A stretch of 64,000 nt of DNA, from the NCBI GenBank assembly GCA_963542015.1, contig CAUTUX010000006.1:1471-65470 (forward strand), in the 5' to 3' direction. The position numbers and the translations under genes are program-made. Origin of the DNA: an uncultured Clostridia bacterium. GTDB taxonomy: Bacteria; Bacillota; Clostridia; Christensenellales; CAG-917. Below are positions 40,401 to 48,958 of the stretch, in pieces (position 1 is the first letter of the stretch; the number at the start of each line of letters is the position of its first letter). The notes under the pieces are model-generated. The model worked only from the letters and a program-made list of their open reading frames with translations, was not told the origin of the DNA and ran no database searches.

Positions 40401-41023
40401 TTTAATGCCTTCTTTCTAAATTCCATTACCGCATTCATGTCAATAAGTTTTTTCATTTCATCGTAACCGATAACATCAATTTTGCTTATTTCATGAGAGG
40501 TCCTAAATCCATCAAAGAAGTGAATAAATGGAATTGAAGATTTTAATGTTGCTAAATGAGAAACAAGAGCTAAATCCATAGCTTCCTGTACACAGTTAGA
40601 TGCAAGCATTGCAAATCCTGTTTGTCGACATGCCATTACATCTGAATGGTCTCCAAAGATACTTAATGCATGACTTGCTACAGCTCTTGCTGATACATGG
40701 AAAACAGATGGCAACAGTTCTCCAGCAATTTTATACATGTTTGGGATCATTAAGAGGAGTCCCTGGCTTGCTGTAAATGTTGAAGTTAAGGCACCAGCTG
40801 CAAGAGAACCATGCACAGCACCAGCAGCACCAGCTTCTGACTGCATTTCAACAACTTTTACAATATTGCCAAAAATGTTTTTTCTTTGACCACCAGCCCA
40901 TTCATCACAGCTTTCAGCCATAGGAGAAGAAGGTGTGATAGGGTATATTGCTGCGACATCCGAAAAAGCATAAGCAACATGTGCCGCTGCGGTATTTCCA
41001 TCCATTGATAATTTATAACTCAT
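37490..41023 (-). CDS. nifJ: Pyruvate:ferredoxin (flavodoxin) oxidoreductase
   Basis: 1177-aa single-chain PFOR. N-terminus is MDGNTAAAHVAYAFSDVAAIYPITPSS. It has two ferredoxin-type clusters (CIQCNRCSLVCPH, CTGCGNCVFVCP) and the TPP motif GGDGWAYDIG. RBS GGAGG is present. Confidence 0.97.
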   Translation of the reverse strand: MSYKLSMDGNTAAAHVAYAFSDVAAIYPITPSSPMAESCDEWAGGQRKNIFGNIVKVVEMQSEAGAAGAVHGSLAAGALTSTFTASQGLLLMIPNMYKIAGELLPSVFHVSARAVASHALSIFGDHSDVMACRQTGFAMLASNCVQEAMDLALVSHLATLKSSIPFIHFFDGFRTSHEISKIDVIGYDEMKKLIDMNAVMEFRKKALNPSHPHQTGTAQNPDIFFQNREASNKYYDAVPAIVQEMMNKVGDLTGRKYNLVDYYGAQNADRVIVLMGSGAEAVEETVDYYKNKGENVGLIKIRLYRPFPVDAFINAIPETVKCITVLDRTKEPGALGDPLYLDVVAALKAKNKNIDVLAGRYGLGSKEFNPSMVNVIYENMLKDKIDHFTVGINDDVTFKSLEVKEKIDASDASTISCKFYGLGSDGTVGANKNSIKIIGDNTNKYVQGYFAYDSKKSGGITISHLRFSDKLIRSTYLIDQADFVACHNESYVLRYDMLSDLKENGTFLLNSQWSVEEMESKLPAAVKRQIATKKINFYNLDGQKVIDEIGAKKGVNTVMQAAFFFLSKVIPYETAEEFMKAAIKKTYGKKGDAVVAMNIACVDNAIKNLQKIDYPQSWETTTEGAAPLPVPNDKYFKTFISPITSQEGDKLPVSAFDPAGVVPTGTTKFEKRGIAVSVPTWDISKCIQCNRCSLVCPHAAIRPVLAKADEMKKKPASFTTKPAAGFKEYEYRIQVSPFDCTGCGNCVFVCPAKEKALTLEPTEKVIKQEAKNWEYSQSLKETTADFNANNVKNSQFKKPLFEFSGACAGCGETPYVKLITQLFGDRMVIANATGCSSIYGGSAPTCPYTTNDEGNGPAWANSLFEDNAEFGYGMSIAFEQRRNVLADILKELTNEAISQELKDAINGWLEVKNDGNLSKNASKTLESAVKAEKKVAKGSLKTLLGTVEKASDLFVKKSVWIIGGDGWAYDIGYNGVDHVLASGDDVNILVLDTEVYSNTGGQASKSTPTGATAKFAATGKRTKKKDLASLAMDYGNVYVAQVSMGADMNQVVKAFAEAEAYKGTSIIIAYAPCISHGINMSKSQLEMKKAVDSGYWQLFRYNPDLLGTEKSPLTIDSKDPSADYSEFLMGENRYASLAKQNPETAKVLFAENEAEAAQKREFYKKKAEMLKGAPKVE

Positions 41024-41133
41024 ATATGTTGACCTCCAATGTCATTTATAAAGTCTTAAAAATGTAAAAATACACAAAATCATCAAAAAAATTGCACAAA
41101 ATAAAAGTTAAGCAAAAAGTTAAACAAATTTTG

Positions 41134-41511
41134 TTAAAACTCTGATTGAGACAATTTTTCAGACAATGATTTAATGCATTTTATAGTATTTGCCGAGAGA
41201 ATATGTTCAATCTTGCAACATTCTTCCTCTGCGGTATCTGCATCTACACCAATCTGCATTAAGAACTTTCTCAGCAGATTATGCTTTGTTAGTGTTTCCG
41301 TTGCAATTTGCCTTCCTTTTGCTGTTAGGAAAATATCACCATAAGGAGCTTTTTCAACCAATTCTTTGTCCATAAGATCCTTCATGGCAATGCTCACAGC
41401 CGCCTTTGAAACCTTCAATAAATTTGCAACATCAATCGAGCGGGTGGAACCATTGTTTTCAAGCAGCAAAATCGCTTCTAAATAATCTTCATTTGACTGT
41501 GTTATTTTCAC
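41134..41511 (-). CDS. DtxR/MntR-family metal-dependent transcriptional regulator (no SH3-like domain)
   Basis: SNEDYLEAILLL and the winged HTH (IDVANLLKVSKAAVSIAMKDL) are present. The metal-site region reads TKHNLLRKFL ... AEEECCKIEHILS. The GTG at 41511 is preceded by AGAGGTGA. The track start (TTG at 41544) would add 11 aa. Confidence 0.8.
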   Translation of the reverse strand: MKITQSNEDYLEAILLLENNGSTRSIDVANLLKVSKAAVSIAMKDLMDKELVEKAPYGDIFLTAKGRQIATETLTKHNLLRKFLMQIGVDADTAEEECCKIEHILSANTIKCIKSLSEKLSQSEF

Positions 41512-41695
41512 TGTTTCACCTCTTTTTAATGATAACAAAGTCAAGTACTGTAAACAAATAAAAGTTAAATAAAGACATCAAAAAAGTTAAGATAATGCAA
41601 AAAAGTGGCAGATAATGGAAAAATCGTTTGTTGACGGCAAATGTTAAATGTGCTTTACTGTATTTGTTAATGAAGATTAACATTAGTAAAGACAA

Positions 41696-42253
41696 ATGAG
41701 CGAATTAGAAAAGAGAGTTTGTAAAGGGTGTTGCCTAGGGTTATCAGGATTAAAAGCTGCATCGCTTTATTCTCTTAAAGCAGAAATTGGGAATGTGGAG
41801 AATACAATAACCGAGCTAAATTCTAAGCTTGCGAAAACAGGGTCTAAAGTAAAAATACTGCATAAAAACAGTAAAAGAACATTGATATTTGCATACAATA
41901 GTGAAAGGCTAGAAGAACATCTAAAAGATGAGAAAAATAGAGAATTTCTTGAGAGATATGGGTATGGTCACAACGACAATGCTGATAGTTGTCTCTCTAC
42001 ATTATCTTTTAAAATGGAATCTGGCATTCAAGAATTTCCACACGAAATTGGCGTTTTTTTAGGATATCCAATTGAAGATGTAGAGGGATTTATAAACAAC
42101 AGAGATAACTGCATGGCAGTGGGATTGTGGAAAGTATATAAAGATGTAGATAAAAAAAAGGAAATGTTTGAAAAATTTGATGAATACACAAAAGATTTTT
42201 CAAAGAAAATAGAAGAAACTGATAGAATAGAAGAGTTATTTAAGGAGAATTAA
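41696..42253 (+). CDS. DUF3793-like protein
   Basis: 185 aa. The motif FPHEIGVFLGYPIEDVEGFI matches my recollection of DUF3793, a family often encoded next to flavodoxin in Clostridia. Confidence 0.5.
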   Translation: MSELEKRVCKGCCLGLSGLKAASLYSLKAEIGNVENTITELNSKLAKTGSKVKILHKNSKRTLIFAYNSERLEEHLKDEKNREFLERYGYGHNDNADSCLSTLSFKMESGIQEFPHEIGVFLGYPIEDVEGFINNRDNCMAVGLWKVYKDVDKKKEMFEKFDEYTKDFSKKIEETDRIEELFKEN

Positions 42254-42255
42254 AT

Positions 42256-42669
42256 ATGAAAGCTTTGGTAGCATTTTGGTCACAAACAGGAAATACAGAG
42301 GCAATGGCAAATGCAATTGCTGAAGGGTTAAAGGATAGATACAGTGTTGATGTCGTAAATGTAAATGATGAATTGCCTGAGGTGTCAGACTATGATTTAG
42401 TTGCACTAGGATGTCCTGCAATGGGTTCTGAGGTGCTTGAAGAAGATGTCTTCGAACCTTTTTATCAATCCATACGAAATGAATTATTTGGAACAAAAGT
42501 AATATTGTTTGGTTCATATGGCTGGGGTGACGGAGAATGGATGAGAAATTGGGTAGAAGATGCCAAAGAAGCTGGAGCGATATTATATAAAAACGAAGGT
42601 TTTGCCATTCAAGAAGACGAAGACGATATAGTGAATCGTTGTATTGAATATGCAAAGGGAGTTCAATAG
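42256..42669 (+). CDS. fldA: Short-chain flavodoxin
   Basis: 137 aa. MKALVAFWSQTGNTEAMA is the FMN phosphate-binding loop (SxTGNT), and GSYGWGDGEWM is present. It starts 2 nt after the DUF3793 stop. Confidence 0.9.
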   Translation: MKALVAFWSQTGNTEAMANAIAEGLKDRYSVDVVNVNDELPEVSDYDLVALGCPAMGSEVLEEDVFEPFYQSIRNELFGTKVILFGSYGWGDGEWMRNWVEDAKEAGAILYKNEGFAIQEDEDDIVNRCIEYAKGVQ

Positions 42670-42720
42670 AAATATACAAATTAGTCCTCATATATGTTTA
42701 GTGATTATTTTAATCACAAT

Positions 42721-42748
42721 AATAAGAGATCAGCCACGGTCTCTTATT
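42721..42748 (+). terminator. Rho-independent terminator after the first flavodoxin
   Basis: AATAAGAGATC-AGCCAC-GGTCTCTTATT stem-loop followed by ATTTTAT. Confidence 0.7.
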
Positions 42749-42857
42749 ATTTTATATGGAAAAAAATTATCAATATACAAAAAAAATGATACCTATAAAA
42801 TTTTGTAAAAATCTATAAAACATGATAAGATTGTTGAAGAAAAAGGAGTAATTAAAC

Positions 42858-43265
42858 ATGAAAGCATTAGTAGTATATTGGTCAGAAAATGGACATACAA
42901 AAGCCATGGCGGAGATAATTTCAAATGTATTAAAAAAGAAGTACGAGGTTACGATTGCTGATGTAACAGAAGAGGCTCCGACTGTGGAAGATTATGATGT
43001 TATTGCACTTGGCTGTCCGGCACAAGGTGCGGAAAATATAGATCCTTTAGTTTTTGAACCATATTATGAAAGTATTAAAAACTCATTGAAGGGTAAAAAG
43101 GTTCTTTTATTTGGTTCATATGGCTGGGGAGGTGGCGAATATATGCAAACATGGCTTGAAGATATTCGCAACACTGGAGCAAAAGTAATAGGTGATGGTT
43201 TAGCTGTAGATGAAACTGATGAAAATGTGGAATCACTATGTGCAGCTTATGCATCTGAAGCGTAA
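42858..43265 (+). CDS. Short-chain flavodoxin paralogue
   Basis: 135 aa. MKALVVYWSENGHTKAMA is a variant phosphate loop, and GSYGWGGGEYM is present. It has its own RBS AAAGGAG. Confidence 0.88.
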   Translation: MKALVVYWSENGHTKAMAEIISNVLKKKYEVTIADVTEEAPTVEDYDVIALGCPAQGAENIDPLVFEPYYESIKNSLKGKKVLLFGSYGWGGGEYMQTWLEDIRNTGAKVIGDGLAVDETDENVESLCAAYASEA

Positions 43266-43411
43266 TATAAATAACGGTATATCTAATCCGATAAAATCAA
43301 AATACTAAATAAATGACTTCACAACAGAAAAAGTTTTGGATGCTTTTTTGTTGCAAGCTAATACACATTTATATATTATTTTAATATTATAAATATCTAT
43401 TGGAGAAACTT

Positions 43412-45883
43412 ATGAAAAAAAGAATTATCTCGATAATTTCGGTAATAATGCTGACATTACTTATGGCAGTTTCACTTGCAGCATGTACTGAAATATTTAA
43501 GGTGAATAGAGATAAAGACGGTGAGACACCATACTTAACCATACGATATGATGGCTATGAAAAAGTAGTTAAGAAAAAAGACTTTGTACCTATTTTCAGT
43601 GCAGCGGCAGCTCAATATTTAAAACAGGGCAAAACATTTAATGAAGCACTAGATGCCACAATCGAACAAATTGTTGAAAAGTATGTAAGAGTATTTAAAG
43701 CAAGAGCTTATGTGGCAGAAAAGTTAAAAAAAGACAAATACAGCAACATTGAAGATTTGCTTACAACATCTGAGATAGACAGAGCAGTAAAGGAAACAAA
43801 CAAGCAGTTTGAAACCCAATTGGCGAGACTTGTTAAGTCTGAGATTGATGATGATAAGAAGAACAATGAAGAAAATGATCCAAGACCAAATCCAAAGGCA
43901 AAAAAATATATCGTAAGGTTTGATTATGGGAAAGGTAAAAAGGATAAGGATGCACCAGAAAAAACCGAGGTGGCAGAAAATTCAAAGGTAAAGAGACCTA
44001 AAGACCCTACATACGACGGATATAAGATTCATGGTTGGAAGAAGAAAGGCACAGATGAGTTGTTTGATTTTGATAAAAATAGAATTACTTCAGATATCAC
44101 CTTAGAAGCATATTATGAGCCTTATGAAAAACCAAGAACACAAATGCCAGACATTAATCCAAATTATAAAAATGAAAGCAAGGCATATGATCCAGATAAG
44201 GAAATTCCTGAAAGTGAAATAACAAAAAAATTCTTTGATCTTTTAAACGCAGGAGAATATGACTGTGTAGATAAAAAAGGTAAAATGTTAACTGGCACAG
44301 GAAGAGATAAACTGAAGTTCAATGAAGTTAAATGGTTCTATGAAGTAGATGGTATAAAGAAATATAAATTCTTTGAAACGGCAAAAAAGACAATTAAAAC
44401 GAGACTTGGTGCAAAGGGAAATGGACAAGCATCTGATAATGCAAAGATTGACAGAGAGTATGACAGATTTTATCAAGAGCAGTTAGAAACAGTTCTCGTT
44501 GCTAAAAGAGGAAGATATATTGAAAAATTGATTAAAGCAGGCGTCAAGGAAGAGGAAGTTGAGAACGAGTATAATGTAAATGTTGAAATTCAAAGAAAGC
44601 AATTGGATGCACTTACACAAAATGATACAGATATGTACGCTAATGAAAATTCAGAGAGATTAAAAAAGTATCAATCATATTTCAAAGAAAAAAACAATAC
44701 GGCTTTATATCACAAAGGATATGCGGACAAATCAAGTGGATTTGTAATTAATATCTTATTTAAACTGAGCAAGGAACAAACAAAGAAGCTTGTTGATATG
44801 GCGAATAACGGAGCAAGCAAAGAAGCAATTGAAAATGAAAGAAACAAAATGTTGAAGAAGAAAGAAGTTCGCATTTCAAATCCAATGTATAAGAAAAATA
44901 CAGCAGTGTTGAAAAAGGATGATGGTTCATTGATGCTTGAAGATGAAACTGCAACTGAAGGAAGTCCTGTATACGACATTTCAAAAATAGTTGATCCTAT
45001 GACGGATAAGAATTTCAAATATAATAAGAAAGACAGCTATTACAATAAAAAGAATGATTATACAAAGTTAGTTTCTTTAGGTAAGGATGATAAAGGAAAT
45101 TATGAAATTAAGTTTGGAGCTAAGGAAGCTGCAAACATGCCATATTGTTTAGATAAAGTAAAATTATATGGAACTCACGGGATCTTAGAACAAATATATA
45201 ACAGTTTGGATGAGGTTGATAAAAATGATGAGCTTTCACAGAATCAAAAACTATATTGGAAGCACAAGATAGCGACAGCATGGCTTCACATGGTAGGAGA
45301 TGATGAAGGTTCTACATCATCAAGTTCAAATAATGGTGGGCTTGGATACTTTGTACAAGGTGATGGTAAGGGTCAGTTCATTCCTGAATTTACAGCTCAT
45401 GCAAGAGAGCTTATAAAAAGAGGTTCAGGTACATATTCAAGCGATGGAAGTTATGAAAAATCATATATTGTGGCAGATAGTTTCTCAGGCTCAAAAGATA
45501 CAGCACAAATAAAAGAATCATCAGCATATGCAGGAGTATTCTTCTTATATAATTCAAGAACAGTATGGGATGAAAATATTTACGGTATTAAGAAAAATAG
45601 TGACGGCGAAGTTGAAAAAGATGAGCATAAAAAAACAGTAACTGAATCTTTAACATACAATAAGGACAGTGGAGTTTTGCCAAGTCACTTTATTTATCAG
45701 AATCACTATAGAGATAAGAATGCAGTTTCAATATACGATAGGATGTTTGAGTCAGTATTGGCATCAAGATATGAAAAGCAAAAGAAAGAAGATACAGAAG
45801 ATATAAAACAATCATCAAAGAATGCTGGAAAGATTTCAAGTAGCACAAAGAGAAAGATACGGAAGCTATATAAGCAAAAATAA
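43412..45883 (+). CDS. Large lipoprotein of unknown function with one Listeria-Bacteroides-type repeat
   Basis: Signal peptide with lipobox SLAAC after MKKRIISIISVIMLTLLMAV. One Flg_new-like repeat (YIVRFDYGKG ... YDGYKIHGWKKKG ... ITLEAYYEP). The remainder is Lys/Glu-rich. The ATG at 43412 follows TGGAGA. Confidence 0.75.
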   Translation: MKKRIISIISVIMLTLLMAVSLAACTEIFKVNRDKDGETPYLTIRYDGYEKVVKKKDFVPIFSAAAAQYLKQGKTFNEALDATIEQIVEKYVRVFKARAYVAEKLKKDKYSNIEDLLTTSEIDRAVKETNKQFETQLARLVKSEIDDDKKNNEENDPRPNPKAKKYIVRFDYGKGKKDKDAPEKTEVAENSKVKRPKDPTYDGYKIHGWKKKGTDELFDFDKNRITSDITLEAYYEPYEKPRTQMPDINPNYKNESKAYDPDKEIPESEITKKFFDLLNAGEYDCVDKKGKMLTGTGRDKLKFNEVKWFYEVDGIKKYKFFETAKKTIKTRLGAKGNGQASDNAKIDREYDRFYQEQLETVLVAKRGRYIEKLIKAGVKEEEVENEYNVNVEIQRKQLDALTQNDTDMYANENSERLKKYQSYFKEKNNTALYHKGYADKSSGFVINILFKLSKEQTKKLVDMANNGASKEAIENERNKMLKKKEVRISNPMYKKNTAVLKKDDGSLMLEDETATEGSPVYDISKIVDPMTDKNFKYNKKDSYYNKKNDYTKLVSLGKDDKGNYEIKFGAKEAANMPYCLDKVKLYGTHGILEQIYNSLDEVDKNDELSQNQKLYWKHKIATAWLHMVGDDEGSTSSSSNNGGLGYFVQGDGKGQFIPEFTAHARELIKRGSGTYSSDGSYEKSYIVADSFSGSKDTAQIKESSAYAGVFFLYNSRTVWDENIYGIKKNSDGEVEKDEHKKTVTESLTYNKDSGVLPSHFIYQNHYRDKNAVSIYDRMFESVLASRYEKQKKEDTEDIKQSSKNAGKISSSTKRKIRKLYKQK

Positions 45884-45885
45884 AA

Positions 45886-47136
45886 TTGATCAGTTTAACA
45901 CTTGATAGAAACAAAAGATACGGTGTAGCCGTAAGCGGTGGGCGGGACTCAATGGTTCTGCTCCATTTGTTTTATAAAGAAAAATATGATTTTTTTGTTA
46001 TAAACATAGAACATGGGATACGTGGCAAAAACAGTATTTCAGATTCCGAATTTGTTAAAAATTATTGTGATGAACATGACATAAGGTGCTTATCGTATAC
46101 TGTTGATGCTTTAAAGCATTCAAAACAAAAAAAATATACAGTAGAAGAGGCGGCAAGAGAATTACGGTATGAGATATTTGAAAAATGCCTTAAAGACAGC
46201 TGCGACTTTATTGTGTTGGGACACCACCTTGATGACCAGGTAGAAACGGTGCTGATGCGTATACTACGAGGGACAGGAGTTGAGGGTATATGCGGTATGA
46301 TACAAGAAAAAAGCAGATATCTGCGTCCGTTACTCAATATAAGCAGAAAAGAAATAGATGAGTATGTTGTAGAAAACAACATACAGTATGTTGAAGACGA
46401 AACGAATCAAGATATTAAATATAAGAGAAATGGCATTCGAGAACTTGTTAAAGATATAAATACTAGATATCCAGAATTTAATAGGGGAATTGCGAAATTA
46501 GCAAAAAATGCATTTGAGTGGAAAGAATTTGTATATAACAAATTAAATAAACAGCTCATAAAAAATAATAGAGTATATATTGATTTGAATGTGAGCAATC
46601 TTGAAACAAAATTATATTTTAAAAAAGCTGCAGAGTATTTGGGCGTTATGCAAGACATTGAAGAAAGACATTATGAAATACTACTTGATTTAAAATATAA
46701 CAGAGAAGTTGGTACAACATTGGATATGCCATATAACATTAAGGTAATGAGAGGAGAAGAACACCTTATAGTCTTTAAAGAAGAAAAGTGTGAAGAAGCG
46801 TATGCTGGTATCGGAGAATATCTGGAAGTGCTGGTATTGAATTCAGAGGTATTTGAAAAGAATGGCGAATATCTCGATGCTGATAAAATATCTTCAAATG
46901 CAGTTTTCAGACATCGCAAAAAAGGTGATAAGTTAATCAAAACAAATGGGCATGAAGAGATGTTAGCAGACTATCTAACAGATCTTAAAATTAAGAGAGA
47001 AGATAGAGATTCAGATATAATAGTACTTGCTGACGGTAGTAAGATATTGGCGGTTGTGGGATATACTGTGAGCAAGGAAGTTACAGTTACAAACAATACA
47101 AAAAATATAGTTAGAATAATAAAAAAAGAAAGGTGA
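45886..47136 (+). CDS. tilS: tRNA(Ile)-lysidine synthase
   Basis: PP-loop VAVSGGRDSMVLLHL, then GHHLDDQVETVLMRILRG. TTG start 3 nt after the upstream stop. The conserved tilS-hpt pairing supports the call. Confidence 0.88.
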   Translation: MISLTLDRNKRYGVAVSGGRDSMVLLHLFYKEKYDFFVINIEHGIRGKNSISDSEFVKNYCDEHDIRCLSYTVDALKHSKQKKYTVEEAARELRYEIFEKCLKDSCDFIVLGHHLDDQVETVLMRILRGTGVEGICGMIQEKSRYLRPLLNISRKEIDEYVVENNIQYVEDETNQDIKYKRNGIRELVKDINTRYPEFNRGIAKLAKNAFEWKEFVYNKLNKQLIKNNRVYIDLNVSNLETKLYFKKAAEYLGVMQDIEERHYEILLDLKYNREVGTTLDMPYNIKVMRGEEHLIVFKEEKCEEAYAGIGEYLEVLVLNSEVFEKNGEYLDADKISSNAVFRHRKKGDKLIKTNGHEEMLADYLTDLKIKREDRDSDIIVLADGSKILAVVGYTVSKEVTVTNNTKNIVRIIKKER

Positions 47137-47140
47137 GATT

Positions 47141-47680
47141 ATGCATAAAGATATTGAAAGAATTTTATATACGAAAGAAGAAATTGCACAGAGAGTTAAA
47201 GAACTTGGGAAGCAAATAGCAAAAGATTTTAAAGGCGAAAAAATTACACTAGTTTGTATTCTACGAGGCAGTGTAGTATTCTTTGCGGATCTTTTGAGAG
47301 AAATAGATTTAGATGTTGATATTGATTTTATTTCAGTTTCCAGTTATGGTTCGGGGACTACAACAAGTGGAGAAGTTAACCTTATAAAAGACCTTGGAGC
47401 TCCAATAAAGGACAAAAACATTATATTAGTAGAAGATATAATTGATACGGGTACAACACTCTCATATTTAAAAAGAATGCTTTTTGCAAGGAATCCTAAG
47501 TGTATCAAAATATGTAGTATTTTAGATAAACCATCTAGGAGAAAGTTAGAATTAAATGGAGATTATGTTGGGTTCACAATTCCAGATGAGTTTGTTGTTG
47601 GGTATGGATTAGACTACGATCAAAGATATAGAAATATTCCAGAAGTTTGTATTTTAAAGAAAGATGTCTATACAAAGTGA
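47141..47680 (+). CDS. hpt: Hypoxanthine phosphoribosyltransferase
   Basis: 179 aa with the PRPP-binding motif IILVEDIIDTGTTL and a C-terminal VVGYGLDYDQRYRNIP. Confidence 0.93.
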   Translation: MHKDIERILYTKEEIAQRVKELGKQIAKDFKGEKITLVCILRGSVVFFADLLREIDLDVDIDFISVSSYGSGTTTSGEVNLIKDLGAPIKDKNIILVEDIIDTGTTLSYLKRMLFARNPKCIKICSILDKPSRRKLELNGDYVGFTIPDEFVVGYGLDYDQRYRNIPEVCILKKDVYTK

Positions 47681-48938
47681 CTTTGCGATAGAGGATAAAG
47701 GACTTCTTTTAGAACTCGCAAAACTTTTCAAACCATACGGCACTTTATATTTGGTAGGTGGAGCAGTTCGTGACCAGTTGATGGGAGAAGAGCATATTAA
47801 AGATTTTGACATCGCTGCCCCAGTATTGACCAAAGATGTACAAAAAATTCTTAAAGATACAAAGTTTAAAGTAACAGCAGTTATAGATAAAACAGGCACT
47901 GCAATGATAAGGTGTGGCAAAAACACATATCAATATACTGCATTCAGAAAAGATGTATATAAAAAAGAAAGCGGAGAGCATACCCCTGAAGAAGTTGTCT
48001 TCGTAAAGGATATTAAAATCGATGCTTTACGAAGAGATTTTAAAATGAATGCAATATATAAAAACATCCTCACGAACGAAATAGTTGATCCTTTAAATGG
48101 CATTAAAGATATTGAGAATGCAATGATAACGACGACTAGAGATCCAGAAAGCGTATTTGAAGAAGATGGATTAAGGCTGTTGCGGTTATGTAGATTTGCA
48201 GGGACTCTAAAATTTAATATAGAAAAAAACACAAAAGAGTCAGCCAAAAAAAATCGGTGGAGAATAAAGGATATAGCTAGTGAAAGAATCTTTGAAGAAG
48301 TAGATAGAATGATAAATCTTGATGCGTGTAGTCCTAACAACAACAGATCAAAATTGGCTATGTCATCAATTTTTGAATTGGGAATTAGTGAATATATATT
48401 TCCACAAAATTTAAAAGAAAATGCAGTTGTAAATTTAAATGGAGATTGTAGTTATGAGAGATATGCATCCTTGTTTTTAAGTGTTCCAATTGAAACAAGA
48501 AAAAACACAATTGATGAATTTTTTAATATGATGGGAGGGCATAAAAAACTAGTAAAGGATGTATTACAGTTAGCTATGGAGTTTGATTGTGTGCCAAAGG
48601 AAAAAAATAAATTGGTATGGTACATTATTCAAAACAAGAATATTCTCAAAGGTATTTTAACTTTAAAAAGTGGTGGTACGGCGGAACAGAGAGAAGACGC
48701 AGAAAGGATAAATAAAATGCTTAATTACATGCATGAAATAAAAATTCCAATGAGTCTTAAAGAGTTACCGTTAGATGGAACAGATTTAAAAAATATGGGG
48801 ATACATGGTAGGTATATAAGTGAGGCACTTGATGGACTGTGGAAAGAATGCATAGAAAATGAAAATTTTCATAGAAAGGGGCTTACGAGGCAAGAAATAC
48901 GAAGTATGGCAATGGAATATGTTAGGATGAGGTATTAG
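47664..48938 (+). CDS. cca: CCA-adding tRNA nucleotidyltransferase / poly(A) polymerase family protein
   Basis: 424 aa with LYLVGGAVRDQLMG, DFDIA and RRDFKMNAIY, the class II nucleotidyltransferase head motifs. It overlaps the hpt end by 17 nt. Confidence 0.8.
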   Translation: MSIQSDFAIEDKGLLLELAKLFKPYGTLYLVGGAVRDQLMGEEHIKDFDIAAPVLTKDVQKILKDTKFKVTAVIDKTGTAMIRCGKNTYQYTAFRKDVYKKESGEHTPEEVVFVKDIKIDALRRDFKMNAIYKNILTNEIVDPLNGIKDIENAMITTTRDPESVFEEDGLRLLRLCRFAGTLKFNIEKNTKESAKKNRWRIKDIASERIFEEVDRMINLDACSPNNNRSKLAMSSIFELGISEYIFPQNLKENAVVNLNGDCSYERYASLFLSVPIETRKNTIDEFFNMMGGHKKLVKDVLQLAMEFDCVPKEKNKLVWYIIQNKNILKGILTLKSGGTAEQREDAERINKMLNYMHEIKIPMSLKELPLDGTDLKNMGIHGRYISEALDGLWKECIENENFHRKGLTRQEIRSMAMEYVRMRY

Positions 48939-48958
48939 GAATCGCCGGAGGAATAAAT

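Noticed and set aside
41024-41133. Rex operator upstream of PFOR (and upstream of adhE at 100-213)
   Set aside because: GTTAA half-sites are present, but there is no TTGTTAA-N4-TTAACAA or TTGTGAA-N6-TTCACAA palindrome. The half-sites here are direct repeats 12 bp apart.
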